Positions 9,061-19,825 are shown, numbered from the stretch's first letter. The stretch: DNA of 28,457 nt from a virus (IMGVR_UViG_2698536484_000010:1-28457); one strand, 5' to 3'. Notes: a model not told the origin generated them from the letters alone. A program made the numbers and translations.

Positions 9061-9556
9061 TTTCAAACAACCGGAGGAGATGGAGTTTAACCGTGCCAGG
9101 CTCCGAAGGGCATTTGTTCAAATCGGGCGTGTCTATATGCGTGATGCCCGGCGGCTGGTGATGCGACGTGGTCGGTCTGCTCCAGGTGAAAACCCCGGCT
9201 ATCAGACCGGACGACTTGCGCGTTCTATAGGTTATTACGTCCCCCGTAAAAGCTCCCGTCGTTCTGGCCTGATGGTCAGGATTTCCCCTAACCAGAAAAA
9301 CGGGCAGGGTAACCGGCGTTTTCCTGAAGGTTCTGCGTATTATCCGGCGTTTCTGTATTACGGTGTGCGTCATGCCGCATACGGGATGAGCAAAAAGGAT
9401 AAGCGCCAGAAAAAGCAGCATTCATCCCGCTGGCGGCTGGCACCACGTAATAACTTTATGGCTGATGTCATCGACCAGCGTCGTTACTGGACACAAAAGT
9501 TACTGTCCCGTGAGTTACAGCGGTCATTACGTCCTGTAAGAAGGAAAAAAACATGA
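9032..9556 (+). CDS. HK97 gp10-like neck/tail component (start uncertain: GTG 9005, GTG 9032 or ATG 9080)
   Basis: Very basic protein; GGGAGGA upstream of GTG 9032; end at 9556 overlaps the next gene start. Confidence 0.55.
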   Translation: MDQTAFLHVDFKQPEEMEFNRARLRRAFVQIGRVYMRDARRLVMRRGRSAPGENPGYQTGRLARSIGYYVPRKSSRRSGLMVRISPNQKNGQGNRRFPEGSAYYPAFLYYGVRHAAYGMSKKDKRQKKQHSSRWRLAPRNNFMADVIDQRRYWTQKLLSRELQRSLRPVRRKKT

Positions 9557-10149
9557 AACTGACTCCTGTTATTGCTGCGCTGCGTGCCCGCTGTCTGTAT
9601 TTTGAAAACCGGGTGGCAGGCGCGGCACAGTTCAAAAATCTGCCGGAGGTCGGAAAGCTGAGACTCCCGGCGGCATATGTTGTACCGGGTGATGATTCTC
9701 CGGGAGAAAACAAAAGCCAGACCGACTACTGGCAGGAGCTGAAAGAGGGCTTCTCCGTGGTTGTCATACTGAGTAACGGGCGTGATGAGCGCGGTCAGTT
9801 TGCCTCGTATGATGTGGTGGACGATGTCCGGCAAATGCTCTTTAAGGCCCTGCTGGGCTGGAACCCGGAAGCGTGCGGTAATCCGATTACCTATGACGGT
9901 GGCACGCTGCTGGATCTGAATCGTCATGAGCTGATTTATCAGTTCGATTTTTCGGTCATCAGCGAGCTGACCGAAGACGATACCCGCCAGCAGGATGATC
10001 TGAACAGTCTGGATGAACTGCGAACGCTGGCGATTGATGTTGATTATCTCGATCCCGGTAACGGGCCTGACGGCGATATCGAACATCACACCGAAATAAC
10101 CCTTCCTTCCTTCCTTCCTGAGAATCTTCATGTTTGTGAAACCTGTTAA
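9553..10149 (+). CDS. Putative tail terminator / neck protein
   Basis: 198 aa; immediately upstream of the sheath gene; start overlaps the previous stop. Confidence 0.45.
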   Translation: MKLTPVIAALRARCLYFENRVAGAAQFKNLPEVGKLRLPAAYVVPGDDSPGENKSQTDYWQELKEGFSVVVILSNGRDERGQFASYDVVDDVRQMLFKALLGWNPEACGNPITYDGGTLLDLNRHELIYQFDFSVISELTEDDTRQQDDLNSLDELRTLAIDVDYLDPGNGPDGDIEHHTEITLPSFLPENLHVCETC

Positions 10150-10283
10150 AGGGCGGTCAGTTCCTGACCCTGCCCGCGGCGACCTTTTGCCCGCCGAGGG
10201 GCGAAATGTTGATGAGAACAACTACTGGCTGCGCCGTGAAGCAGCGGGTGATATCCGGCGCGTGAATGAAAAGGTGAATACCG

Positions 10284-11780
10284 ATGACGATAAGCTTTAA
10301 CTCCATTCCGTCGAATACGCTGGTTCCGATTTTTTATGCGGAAATGGATAACTCGGCGGCGAATACTGCACAGGACAGCGGAGCATCGCTGCTGATTGGT
10401 CATGCCAATAACGGTGCAGAGATTGTTGCCAACAGTCTGGTGCTGATGCCATCGGCAGACTATGCACGCCAGATTTGTGGTGCGGGAAGTCAGTTGTCGC
10501 GTATGGTCGAGGCTTATCGCCAGACCGACCCGTTTGGTGAACTGTATGTGATTGCCGTTCCTGAATCCACGGGCGCGGCGGCAACAGTTACGCTGACGGT
10601 GACCGGAGCGGCAACCGAAACCGGCACGGTGAATGTTTATGTGGGACGTACCCGCGTGCAGGCACCGGTGACCAACGGCGATAACGTCGCGACGATTGCC
10701 AGCAGTATCAAAGATGCCATCAATGCCGTTCCGACCCTGCCGTTTACTGCCTCATCTTCGGCAGGCGTGATCACACTGACCGCGCGTCATAAGGGGCTTT
10801 GCGGGAATGAAATTCCTGTCAGCCTCAATTACTACGGCTTTGGTGGGGGCGAAGTGCTGCCAGCGGGCGTACAGATTGCCGTGGCGACGGGTACCGCCGG
10901 AACGGGCGCTCCTGTTCTCACCGGCGCGGTGGCTGCAATGGCGGATGAGCCGTTTGATTATATCGGCCTGCCGTTCAACGACACGGCCTCCGTTAACACG
11001 CTGGTGACCGAGATGAACGATACCAGCGGTCGCTGGAGCTATGCGCGTCAGCTGTATGGTCATGTGTATACGGCAAAGATCGGCACGCTGTCAGAACTGG
11101 TGACCGCAGGTGACCAGTTTAACCAGCAGCACATTACCCTGGCGGGATACGAAAAAGAGACCCAGACGCCTGCCGACGAGCTGGCGGCAAGCCGTACCGC
11201 CCGCGCAGCAGTGTTTATTCGCAACGATCCGGCACGTCCCACGCAGACCGGTGAGCTGGTGGGTATGCTGCCTGCGCCGAAGGGGAAACGGTTCACGATG
11301 ACCGAACAACAGACCCTGCTGTCGCATGGCGTGGCAACGGCGTATGTCGAAAGCGGGGTGCTGCGCATTCAGCGTGATGTCACCACGTACAGGAAAAATG
11401 CTTACGGTGTTGCGGATAACAGCTACCTCGACAGCGAGACGCTGCATACCAGCGCGTATGTGCTGCGCAAACTGAAATCCGTCATTACCAGTAAGTACGG
11501 GCGTCACAAGCTTGCCAGCGACGGTACCCGCTTTGGTCCCGGTCAGGCGATTGTCACACCGGCGGTGATCAAAGGGGAACTGCTGACAACCTACCGTCAG
11601 CTTGAGCGTGCGGGGATCGTGGAAAACTACGAACTGTTTAAGCAGTACCTGGTTGTGGAGCGTGATGCCAGCGATCCGAACCGCCTGAACACGCTGTTCC
11701 CGCCTGACTATGTTAACCAGTTGCGTGTCTTTGCCGTGGTTAACCAGTTCCGTCTTCAGTATTCAGAGGAGTCTGCATAA
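10284..11780 (+). CDS. Contractile tail sheath protein (Mu gpL-like)
   Basis: 498 aa; size, position before the tube gene and composition typical of Mu-like sheath proteins. Confidence 0.85.
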   Translation: MTISFNSIPSNTLVPIFYAEMDNSAANTAQDSGASLLIGHANNGAEIVANSLVLMPSADYARQICGAGSQLSRMVEAYRQTDPFGELYVIAVPESTGAAATVTLTVTGAATETGTVNVYVGRTRVQAPVTNGDNVATIASSIKDAINAVPTLPFTASSSAGVITLTARHKGLCGNEIPVSLNYYGFGGGEVLPAGVQIAVATGTAGTGAPVLTGAVAAMADEPFDYIGLPFNDTASVNTLVTEMNDTSGRWSYARQLYGHVYTAKIGTLSELVTAGDQFNQQHITLAGYEKETQTPADELAASRTARAAVFIRNDPARPTQTGELVGMLPAPKGKRFTMTEQQTLLSHGVATAYVESGVLRIQRDVTTYRKNAYGVADNSYLDSETLHTSAYVLRKLKSVITSKYGRHKLASDGTRFGPGQAIVTPAVIKGELLTTYRQLERAGIVENYELFKQYLVVERDASDPNRLNTLFPPDYVNQLRVFAVVNQFRLQYSEESA

Positions 11781-12136
11781 TGGCCCGTATCGGGGGAACC
11801 TGTTATTTCAAAATTGACGGTCAACAGCTATCGCTGACCGGCGGCATTGAGGTGCCCATGAACAGGACGGTCAATGATGACATCATCGGCCTGGACGGTT
11901 CAGTGGACCGCAAGGAAACTCACCGTGCGCCTTATGTCAAAGGGACTTTCAAGGTACCGAAGAATTTTCCGGTGAGCAAAATCACCTCGTCTGATGAGAT
12001 GACCATCACTGCCGAGCTGGCGAACGGTCAGGTCTATGTATTGTCGTCTGCCTGGCTGCACGGTGAAGCGAACCATAATGCCGAAGAAGGCACGGTCGAT
12101 ATTGAATTTCACGGTGAAGAAGGGGATTACCAGTGA
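11780..12136 (+). CDS. Tail tube protein (Mu gpM-like)
   Basis: 118 aa; coupled to the sheath gene; canonical position. Confidence 0.8.
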   Translation: MARIGGTCYFKIDGQQLSLTGGIEVPMNRTVNDDIIGLDGSVDRKETHRAPYVKGTFKVPKNFPVSKITSSDEMTITAELANGQVYVLSSAWLHGEANHNAEEGTVDIEFHGEEGDYQ

Positions 12137-12456
12137 TTGAGCTTGTACTTAAAAAACCGATCATCGCCCACAAAGAAACACTGCATGTGTTGGAAATACG
12201 TGAGCCTACGTATGACGAGATTGAGGCGCTGGGGTTCCCTTTCTCTGTTTCGCCTGATGGTGGTATGAAAATGGACAGTCAGGTGGCGCTGAAATATATC
12301 CCGCTTCTGGCCGGGATCCCGCGCTCGTCTGCAGCGCAGATGACGAAGCTGGATATTTTCAAGGCAGGCATGATTGTAATGCGTTTTTTTACCGGCTTGG
12401 AGACGGAAGAGACCTCCGGAAGCGATTCTACAATGTCGCGTGGTTCTGGAAATTAA
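12133..12456 (+). CDS. Tail assembly chaperone, short form
   Basis: 107 aa; canonical position between tube and tape measure; contains T7 slippery run near the 3' end. Confidence 0.65.
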   Translation: MIELVLKKPIIAHKETLHVLEIREPTYDEIEALGFPFSVSPDGGMKMDSQVALKYIPLLAGIPRSSAAQMTKLDIFKAGMIVMRFFTGLETEETSGSDSTMSRGSGN

Positions 12457-12548
12457 ACCCCCTTGAACTTCGCCGGACGGCTATTTCTCACTTTGCTGAT
12501 CTGGAGGCAGAGGCCGTCCGTATAAATGAGGAGATGAAGCATGGCTGA
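12384..12548 (+). other. -1 frameshift site (T_TTT_TTT at 12384-12390) and extension ORF giving the long chaperone form
   Basis: The -1 frame is open from 12390 to the stop at 12546-12548 (about 52 codons, no ATG start), ending just inside the tape-measure gene; the same arrangement as lambda G/GT and P2 E/E+E'. Confidence 0.55.
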
Positions 12549-14448
12549 TAATTTTCAGCTGAAAGCCATCATCACCGCCGTTGACAGGCTATCCGGCCCG
12601 CTTAAAGGTATGCAGCGTCAGCTTAAGGGATTTCAGAAAGAAGTCTCCAGCCTTGCTCTGGGCGCTGCCGGGGCTGGTACTGCAATAATGGGGGCACTGG
12701 CACTCCCTGTAAAATCAGCCATCACCCTTGAATCGAAGATGGCTGATGTCCGCAAAGTGGTGGACGGTCTGGATACGCCGGATGCATTTAAGGCCATGAC
12801 GGAGCAGGTACGCGCTTTGTCTACAGAGCTTCCCATGTCTGCAGACGGGATCGCGGAAATTGTGGCGGCTGGCGGTCAGGCCGGGATTGCACGTGATGAA
12901 CTGATGCAGTTTGCCACTGATGCGGTGAAGATGGGCGTGGCCTTTGATACAACGGCTGAAGAGTCCGGGCAGATGATGGCCCAGTGGCGTACTGCGTTTA
13001 ATATGACACAGGATGAAGTGGCTGGGCTGGCTGACAAAATCAACTACCTTGGTAATACCGGCCCGGCGAATGCGAAGAAAATCTCCGATATTGTTACGCG
13101 TATTGGTCCTTTAGGTGGTGTTGCTGGTGTGGCTTCCGGCGAAATCGCGGCGATGGGGGCAACCATTGCCGGGATGGGCGTGGAGTCAGAAATTGCCGCC
13201 ACAGGGATCAAGAACTTCATGCTTTCCCTGACCGCGGGAAATTCCGCGACAAAATCGCAGAAACAGGCATTGCGTTTTCTGCGGATCAATCCGAAGAAAT
13301 TAGCTACTGATATGCAGAAAGATGCCCGGGGCACCATGCTGTCTGTACTGGATGCGATGGCTAAAGTGCCTAAAGAAAAACAGGCAGCTGTGCTGAATGC
13401 CCTGTTCGGGAAAGAGTCTCTGGGCGCGATAGCACCTCTGCTGACTAACCTTGATTTGTTGCGTACCAACTTCAGGCGGGTTGCGGATTCCCAGCAATAT
13501 GGCAGTTCGATGCAGAAGGAATATGCTTCGAGGGCAGCGACGACGGAAAACCAGCTTTTACTTCTGCAAAATCAACTTGATGCCATTTCTTCCACGCTGG
13601 GGGAAACGTTTCTTCCTGAGGTTAATGATGGTCTTGAAGCGGTAAAACCGCTCCTTGAGGAAGTGAGAACGTTTGTCCGTGAAAACCCGGAGCTCGTTAA
13701 GACCATTGCTAAAATCGGTCTGGCCTTACTGACGGTGGGAGCCGCTGCAGGCTCTTTGTCCAGAATTATGAAAGTTCTCGGCGGTGTGATGAATATGACG
13801 CCTGCTAAGGGGCTGATTGCTCTTCTGGTTGGTGGCGCTTACCTCATTATTGATAACTGGGAAACCGTAGGTCCTGTCATAAAAAAAGTCTGGCACGTGG
13901 TGGATGAAACGGCGCAGGCGATGGGGGGATGGGAAACTGTTCTGAAAGCGATTGCCCTGTTTATGGCAACCAAATGGGTTGCTGACGTTACCAAATCCAT
14001 TACCGCAGTGACCAGAGAGATGCGTACGCTGGGGAAGGTATCGGCAGAAACGGGATTGATGGGGAAAGGCCGCGGCTTTATCGGGAAGGCCGGGGTATAT
14101 GGTTTTCTGGGAACCCTGATGTATGAGCCGGTTAAAGATACTCTGGAAAGTGTTGTTCCTGAAGATACGGTTAACTGGCTGGATAATAAAGGGCTGTTTC
14201 TGGCTTCAGACTGGACGCCTTTTTTTGATCGTAAAGAGTACGAGCAGTATCAGGCCAGCCTGAGTCAGTACAAACCCAATGTTCCGCTGTTGAATCCATC
14301 TTCTTCCATGACACAGCACAGCGAGCTGAAAGTCACGTTCGAGAATGCTCCGCCAGGTATGAAGATAATTGATGTACCGGGAAAAGCCGATCCCCTGATG
14401 AAAATCACGCACGATGTGGGGTATTCCCCTTTTCGTTTTCCACGATAA
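12541..14448 (+). CDS. Tail tape measure protein
   Basis: 635 aa; Ala/Gly-rich, helical and TM-like segments; follows the chaperone pair. Confidence 0.85.
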   Translation: MADNFQLKAIITAVDRLSGPLKGMQRQLKGFQKEVSSLALGAAGAGTAIMGALALPVKSAITLESKMADVRKVVDGLDTPDAFKAMTEQVRALSTELPMSADGIAEIVAAGGQAGIARDELMQFATDAVKMGVAFDTTAEESGQMMAQWRTAFNMTQDEVAGLADKINYLGNTGPANAKKISDIVTRIGPLGGVAGVASGEIAAMGATIAGMGVESEIAATGIKNFMLSLTAGNSATKSQKQALRFLRINPKKLATDMQKDARGTMLSVLDAMAKVPKEKQAAVLNALFGKESLGAIAPLLTNLDLLRTNFRRVADSQQYGSSMQKEYASRAATTENQLLLLQNQLDAISSTLGETFLPEVNDGLEAVKPLLEEVRTFVRENPELVKTIAKIGLALLTVGAAAGSLSRIMKVLGGVMNMTPAKGLIALLVGGAYLIIDNWETVGPVIKKVWHVVDETAQAMGGWETVLKAIALFMATKWVADVTKSITAVTREMRTLGKVSAETGLMGKGRGFIGKAGVYGFLGTLMYEPVKDTLESVVPEDTVNWLDNKGLFLASDWTPFFDRKEYEQYQASLSQYKPNVPLLNPSSSMTQHSELKVTFENAPPGMKIIDVPGKADPLMKITHDVGYSPFRFPR

Positions 14449-14472
14449 CGCAGTCCTTTTTGAGGTCAGTCT

Positions 14473-15849
14473 ATGGATTTATCCTCATTTCCCACCCGAC
14501 CTTCATTACTTTCGTCGTCTTCAGGCTGGCGTGACAGGCTTCAGGACGCGTCATTTCGCGGCGTGCCGTTTAAGGTTGAAGAAGAAAGTGCGGGAACCGG
14601 TCGCCGTGTGGAAACACATGAATACCCGAACCGCGACAAGCCCTATACCGAAGATCTGGGAAAAGTCACTTTCCGCCCGTCCATCACAGCTTATGTGGTG
14701 GGAGATGACTGCTTTGACCAGCGCGATCGCCTGATTGAAGCGCTGAATAAACCCGGTCCCGGCACGCTTGTCCACCCGACATATGGTGAGCTGAAAGTCT
14801 GTGTTGACGGGGAAGTTCGGGTCAGCACATCGAAAAGTGAAGGGCGTATTGTCCGCTTTGACCTGAAGTTTGTCGAAGCAGGAGAACTCTCTTACCCCAC
14901 ATCAGGTGCGGCGACGGCGCAGACGCTGATGTCATCCTGTTCTGCACTGGATGACTGCATTAGTGACAGCTTCAGCGGTTTCAGTATCGATGGTGTGGCG
15001 GATTTCGTGCAGAACGACGTTATCGGTAATGCCAGCATAATGCTGGGGTATGTTTCTGATGCGATGAAAGTGGTGGATTCTGCCGTATCGGATGCCGCCA
15101 GGCTGTTGCAGGGGGATATCTCGGTACTTCTGCCGCCGCCATCGTCAGGCAAAAATTTCGTTGAGCAGGTGCAGAAAATGTGGCGTACCGGGAAACGCCT
15201 TTATGGTAACGCCAGCGACCTGGTTACCATGATCAAAACGCTTTCCGGTGTCAGCCTCGGCAGCGATCTGCAACCGCGCGGCGTCTGGAAAACGGACAGT
15301 AAAACCACCGCCACGGCGACGCAGCAGCGTAACGTGGTTGCCAGCACCCTTCGTACGACCGCAATCAGCGAAGTGGCGTATGCCGTCACCCGATTGCCTG
15401 CGCCAACAACTTCCGCGGTGATGCAGAATTCCGCAGTGGGGCAGGCAACAACACCCGCGCAGAGCACTGGCTGGCCTTCCGTCACGCATCCGGCACTGAA
15501 CAATGCACCGGCGGTGAAAAACACGGTTGACCTGCCGACGTGGGAAGAACTGACTGACATTCGCGACACACTGAATACGGCAATTGATAAGGAGTTGTCC
15601 CGTACAACCAGTGATGCGCTGTTTCTGGCGCTGCGCCGGGTGAAAGCAGATCTGAATGCGGATATCAACACGCGCCTTGAACAGTCTGCACGGATCATTC
15701 AGCGCACACCGGATGAGGTTTTACCCGCGCTGGTGCTGGCGGCTACCTGGTTTGATAACGCGGCGCGTGACGCGGACATTATCCGGCGTAATGCCATTAC
15801 GCATCCCGGCTTTGTGCCGGTGATCCCTCTGAAGGTGCCAGTGCAATGA
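14473..15849 (+). CDS. DNA circularisation-like tail protein (Mu gpN-like)
   Basis: 458 aa; position after the tape measure in Mu-type tail clusters. Confidence 0.65.
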   Translation: MDLSSFPTRPSLLSSSSGWRDRLQDASFRGVPFKVEEESAGTGRRVETHEYPNRDKPYTEDLGKVTFRPSITAYVVGDDCFDQRDRLIEALNKPGPGTLVHPTYGELKVCVDGEVRVSTSKSEGRIVRFDLKFVEAGELSYPTSGAATAQTLMSSCSALDDCISDSFSGFSIDGVADFVQNDVIGNASIMLGYVSDAMKVVDSAVSDAARLLQGDISVLLPPPSSGKNFVEQVQKMWRTGKRLYGNASDLVTMIKTLSGVSLGSDLQPRGVWKTDSKTTATATQQRNVVASTLRTTAISEVAYAVTRLPAPTTSAVMQNSAVGQATTPAQSTGWPSVTHPALNNAPAVKNTVDLPTWEELTDIRDTLNTAIDKELSRTTSDALFLALRRVKADLNADINTRLEQSARIIQRTPDEVLPALVLAATWFDNAARDADIIRRNAITHPGFVPVIPLKVPVQ

Positions 15850-16925
15850 ACGACAATGTCACGCTACGGGTAAATGGCCGGGAGTGGAATGGCTGGACAT
15901 CGGTGCGCATCGGTGCCGGTATTGAACGGCTGGCGCGGGATTTCAGTGTGGAGATCACTCGCCAGTGGCCGGGAGATGAGGGTATCACCACGCTTCAGCC
16001 GCGCATTAAAAACGGTTCAAAAGTGGAAGTGCTGATTGGTGATGAGCTGGTGATCACCGGCTGGGTGGAGGCGACGCCCGTTCGTTACGATGCCCGTTCG
16101 GTCAGCACCGGTATTGCCGGACGTAGTCTGACGGCTGACCTGATTGACTGTGCAGCCGAACCGACACAGTTTAACGGACGCTCGCTGGTGCAGATTGCGC
16201 AGGCGCTTGCTGCGCCTTTCGGCATTGAGGTGGTGAACAGCGGTGCGCCGTCGGGTGTTATTCCTGATGTTCAGCCTGATCACGGTGAAACGGTGATTGA
16301 GGTAATCAACAAAATACTCGGTCAGCAGCAGGCACTGGCTTACGACGACCCGCACGGCAGGCTGGTGATTGGCGGTATTGGCTCAACGCGGGCACATACC
16401 GCGCTGGTACTCGGGGAAAACATCCTTTCCTGTGATACGGAGAAGAGTATCCGGGAGCGGTTTTCTGTTTACCAGGTGGCGGGGCAGCGTGCCGGAAACG
16501 ACGATGATTTCGGTGAGGCCACCACCACCGCGCTGCGGGCCCGCACAGAGGACGCATTTATTGCCCGTTACCGTCCGATGTATATCAGGCAGACAGGGCA
16601 GGCTACGGGGGCAGGCTGTATTGCCCGTGCGGACTTTGAAGCCAGACAACGGGCGGCGCGGACGGATGAAACCACCTATGTGGTGCAGGGCTGGCGACAG
16701 GGTAACGGTACGCTGTGGCAGCCCAACCAGCGGGTGATTGTCTTTGATCCGGTCTGTGGTTTCGACAATACCGAACTGCTTGTTTCGGAAGTCACGTTTA
16801 CTCAGGACCAGAACGGCACCCTGACGGAAATCCGTGTCGGCCCACCTGATGCTTATCTGCCTGAACCCGAAGCCCCCGGCGCGCGAAAAAAGAAAAAAGC
16901 CAGAGTACAGGAGGACCCGTTCTGA
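15846..16925 (+). CDS. Baseplate hub / tail protein (Mu gpP-like)
   Basis: 359 aa; coupled start; canonical position. Confidence 0.7.
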   Translation: MNDNVTLRVNGREWNGWTSVRIGAGIERLARDFSVEITRQWPGDEGITTLQPRIKNGSKVEVLIGDELVITGWVEATPVRYDARSVSTGIAGRSLTADLIDCAAEPTQFNGRSLVQIAQALAAPFGIEVVNSGAPSGVIPDVQPDHGETVIEVINKILGQQQALAYDDPHGRLVIGGIGSTRAHTALVLGENILSCDTEKSIRERFSVYQVAGQRAGNDDDFGEATTTALRARTEDAFIARYRPMYIRQTGQATGAGCIARADFEARQRAARTDETTYVVQGWRQGNGTLWQPNQRVIVFDPVCGFDNTELLVSEVTFTQDQNGTLTEIRVGPPDAYLPEPEAPGARKKKKARVQEDPF

Positions 16926-17473
16926 TGAGGACGATTGAAGCCATGCAGCGACAACTCCTCGGCCTGATTGGGCGGGCCGTGGTGAAAAGCATCAGTGCCG
17001 CCACGAAATGTCAGACCGTGGATGTGTCTCTGATTGCCGGTGAACCCAAAGCCGGGGTTGAACATCTTGAACCCTACGGTTTTACCGCAAGGGCAAACAG
17101 CGGTGCGGAAGCGGTGGTGTTGTTTCCGGATGGCGACCGTTCTCATGCGGTGGTTGTTACGGTGTCGGACCGGCGCTACCGCCTGAAAGGGCTGCAGACG
17201 GGTGAGGTGGCTGTCTATGACGATCAGGGGCAGTCCGTGACGCTGACCCGGGAGGGGATCGTGGTGGACGGTGCAGGTAAAACGATCACGTTTCGCAATG
17301 CGCCTAAGGCTCGTTTTGAAATGGACCTGGAAGTGACCGGACAGGTGAAAGACCTGTGCGACTCCAGCGGCACCACCATGTCAGCGATGCGGCTTGCCTA
17401 TAACGGGCATCGTCACAGAGAGAACGGTCAGGGCAGTAACACCGACAAACCTGATAAAGCGATGGAGGCATGA
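16925..17473 (+). CDS. Baseplate assembly protein V / spike
   Basis: 182 aa; SD aggagga 9 nt upstream; canonical position. Confidence 0.7.
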   Translation: MRTIEAMQRQLLGLIGRAVVKSISAATKCQTVDVSLIAGEPKAGVEHLEPYGFTARANSGAEAVVLFPDGDRSHAVVVTVSDRRYRLKGLQTGEVAVYDDQGQSVTLTREGIVVDGAGKTITFRNAPKARFEMDLEVTGQVKDLCDSSGTTMSAMRLAYNGHRHRENGQGSNTDKPDKAMEA

Positions 17474-17898
17474 TGGAACTGTGGCTGACGGTGAACGGTA
17501 AACGCACCTGCGCCAGCGCACCGCTGGATCCGCTGACCCGTGCCGTGGTGATTTCCCTGTTCACCTGGCGGCGGGCTGAACCTGATGACAATGCCGACGT
17601 CCCGATGGGATGGTGGGGGGATACCTGGCCTGCGGTACAGAATGACCGTTACGGCTCCCGACTGTGGCTGCTTCAGCGCAGCAAACTGACCAATCAGCTG
17701 GTGCAGACGGTAAGGGGGTATATCCGCGAATGCCTGCAATGGATGATTGATGACGGCGTGGTGTCCCGTATTGATCTGGATATCCGCCGCACCGGGATTA
17801 ATGAACTGGGTAACAGTATCACTCTCTGGCGTCGTGACGGACCGGTAATGATTTCTTTTGATGATCTGTGGAGTGCGATAACGCATGGCGGACAGTGA
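17470..17898 (+). CDS. Baseplate protein (Mu gp46 / GPW-like)
   Basis: 142 aa; coupled; position. Confidence 0.65.
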   Translation: MMELWLTVNGKRTCASAPLDPLTRAVVISLFTWRRAEPDDNADVPMGWWGDTWPAVQNDRYGSRLWLLQRSKLTNQLVQTVRGYIRECLQWMIDDGVVSRIDLDIRRTGINELGNSITLWRRDGPVMISFDDLWSAITHGGQ

Positions 17899-18943
17899 AT
17901 TTCAGCGCCCGACGCTGGCAGAAAATATCAGTATGCTCCGTAACGATTTATTCGCCAGGCTGGACGTCAGCGACACGCTCCGGCGCATGGATGAAGACGT
18001 GCGGGCAAAGGTGTATGCGGCGGCGCTGCATACGGTTTACGGTTACATCGATTATCTGGCAATGAACATGCTGCCTGACCTGTGCGATGAGTCCTGGCTG
18101 GCGCGACATGCTGCGATGAAACGGTGTCCGCGCAAGGGAGCCACGGCTGCCAGTGGGTATATGCGCTGGGAAGGTGTCAGCGATGGCCTGAAGGTGACCG
18201 CCGGGAGCGTGATTCAGCGCGATGACCTGGTTCAGTACACGGCAACTGCCGATGCAACCAGCTCCGGTGGTGTCCTGCGTGTGCCGATCACTTGCTCAAC
18301 TACAGGCGCGGTCGGTAACGCTGACGACGGTACGGCATTAATCCTGGTCACGCCGGTGAATGGTCTGCCGTCTTCCGGCGTGGCAGATACCCTGACAGGT
18401 GGATTTGATACTGAAGAGCTGGAAACGTGGCGCGCCCGCGTCATTGAGCGGTATTACTGGACGCCTCAGAGCGGGGCTGACGGGGACTATGTTGTCTGGG
18501 CTAAAGAAGTTCCCGGCATTACCCGCGCATGGACATACCGACACTGGATGGGAACGGGGACTGTCGGTGTGATGATTGCCAGCAGCGACCTGATTAACCC
18601 CATTCCGGAAGAATCAACGGAAACGGCGGCAAGACAACACATTGAGCCACTGGCTCCGGTGGCAGGCTCTGATTTGTATGTATTCAGGCCGGTGGCACAT
18701 ACGGTGGATTTTCATATCCGCGTGACGCCGGACACACCAGAAATACGGGCTGCCATTACCGCGGAGTTGCGTTCGTTCCTGCTGCGTGATGGTTATCCGC
18801 AGGGAGAACTGAAGGTATCGCGTATCAGTGAGGCGATTTCCGGTGCGAACGGGGAATACAGCCATCAGTTGCTTGCACCGGCGGACAATATCTCCATTGC
18901 AAAAAATGAACTGGCGGTTCTGGGGACGATTTCATGGACGTGA
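17885..18943 (+). CDS. Baseplate J-like protein (Mu gp47-like)
   Basis: 352 aa; coupled; position. Confidence 0.75.
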   Translation: MADSEFQRPTLAENISMLRNDLFARLDVSDTLRRMDEDVRAKVYAAALHTVYGYIDYLAMNMLPDLCDESWLARHAAMKRCPRKGATAASGYMRWEGVSDGLKVTAGSVIQRDDLVQYTATADATSSGGVLRVPITCSTTGAVGNADDGTALILVTPVNGLPSSGVADTLTGGFDTEELETWRARVIERYYWTPQSGADGDYVVWAKEVPGITRAWTYRHWMGTGTVGVMIASSDLINPIPEESTETAARQHIEPLAPVAGSDLYVFRPVAHTVDFHIRVTPDTPEIRAAITAELRSFLLRDGYPQGELKVSRISEAISGANGEYSHQLLAPADNISIAKNELAVLGTISWT

Positions 18944-19518
18944 CAAACGATGATTACATCCGTCTGTTGTCGGCACTGCTGCCGCCCGGTCCGGCGTGGT
19001 CAGCCAGCGATCCGGCGATTGCCGGTGCAGCACCGTCATTAACCCGCGTTCATCAGCGTGCGGATGCCCTGATGCGGGAGCTGGATCCGCGCACCACCAC
19101 CGAACTGATAAACCGCTGGGAGCGTCTGTGCGGCCTGCCAGATGAATGTATTCCTACAGGGACACAGACCCTTCGCCAGCGTCAGCAACGGCTGGATGCG
19201 AAGGTTAACCTGTCGGGTGGCATCAACGAGGATTTTTATCTTGCACAGCTTGCTGCCCTGGGCAGACCAGATGCTACCATCACGCGATACGACAAAAGTA
19301 CGTTCACCTGCTCATCGGCCTGTACTGACGCTGTGAACGCGCCTGAATGGCGGTATTACTGGCAGGTCAACATGCCAGCCGCCACCAACACCACCTGGAT
19401 GACATGTGGCGATCCCTGTGATTCCGCACCGCGTATCTGGGGCGACACCGTTGTCGAATGTGTGCTTAACAAACTCTGCCCGTCGCATACCTACGTAATT
19501 TTTAAATATCCGGAGTAA
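18934..19518 (+). CDS. YmfQ-like tail protein (Mu gp48 / P2 gpI-like), Cys-rich C-terminus
   Basis: 194 aa; immediately upstream of the tail fibre gene as in e14-like phages. Confidence 0.7.
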   Translation: MDVTNDDYIRLLSALLPPGPAWSASDPAIAGAAPSLTRVHQRADALMRELDPRTTTELINRWERLCGLPDECIPTGTQTLRQRQQRLDAKVNLSGGINEDFYLAQLAALGRPDATITRYDKSTFTCSSACTDAVNAPEWRYYWQVNMPAATNTTWMTCGDPCDSAPRIWGDTVVECVLNKLCPSHTYVIFKYPE

Positions 19519-19825
19519 TCCATGCATCGTATAGACACGAAAACCGCGCAGAAGGATAAGTTCGGCGCGGGTAAGAACGGTTTTACCCGTGGTAACCCCC
19601 AGACCGGCACGCCTGCCACCGATCTGGATGATGACTACTTTGACATGTTGCAGGAGGAGCTTTGCAGCGTTGTGGAGGCGTCCGGTGCCAGCCTGGAGAA
19701 GGGGCGGCACGACCAGCTACTTACCGCGCTTCGCGCGCTGCTGTTAAGCCGCAAGAATCCGTTTGGCGATATCAAATCGGATGGCACGGTGAAAATGGCT
19801 CTCGAAAACCTTGGTTTGGGAGAAG
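19064..19825 (+). repeat. Direct repeat copy 1 (762 bp: YmfQ 3' part + Sc + pix); copy 2 at 20689-21450
   Basis: Identical translations in all frames across both copies; boundaries read from sequence. Confidence 0.75.

Noticed and set aside
9484-10221. 245-aa ORF on the - strand, plus other long antisense ORFs (e.g. 2291-2752, 5069-5578, 11091-11507, 15201-15698, 17428-17886)
   Set aside because: They lie entirely antisense to well-supported, translationally coupled structural genes and have no start-site signals; they are typical GC-rich shadow ORFs.
14414-14734. 106-aa ORF spanning the tape-measure / circularisation-gene junction
   Set aside because: Out-of-frame overlap with two well-supported genes; no RBS; likely spurious.
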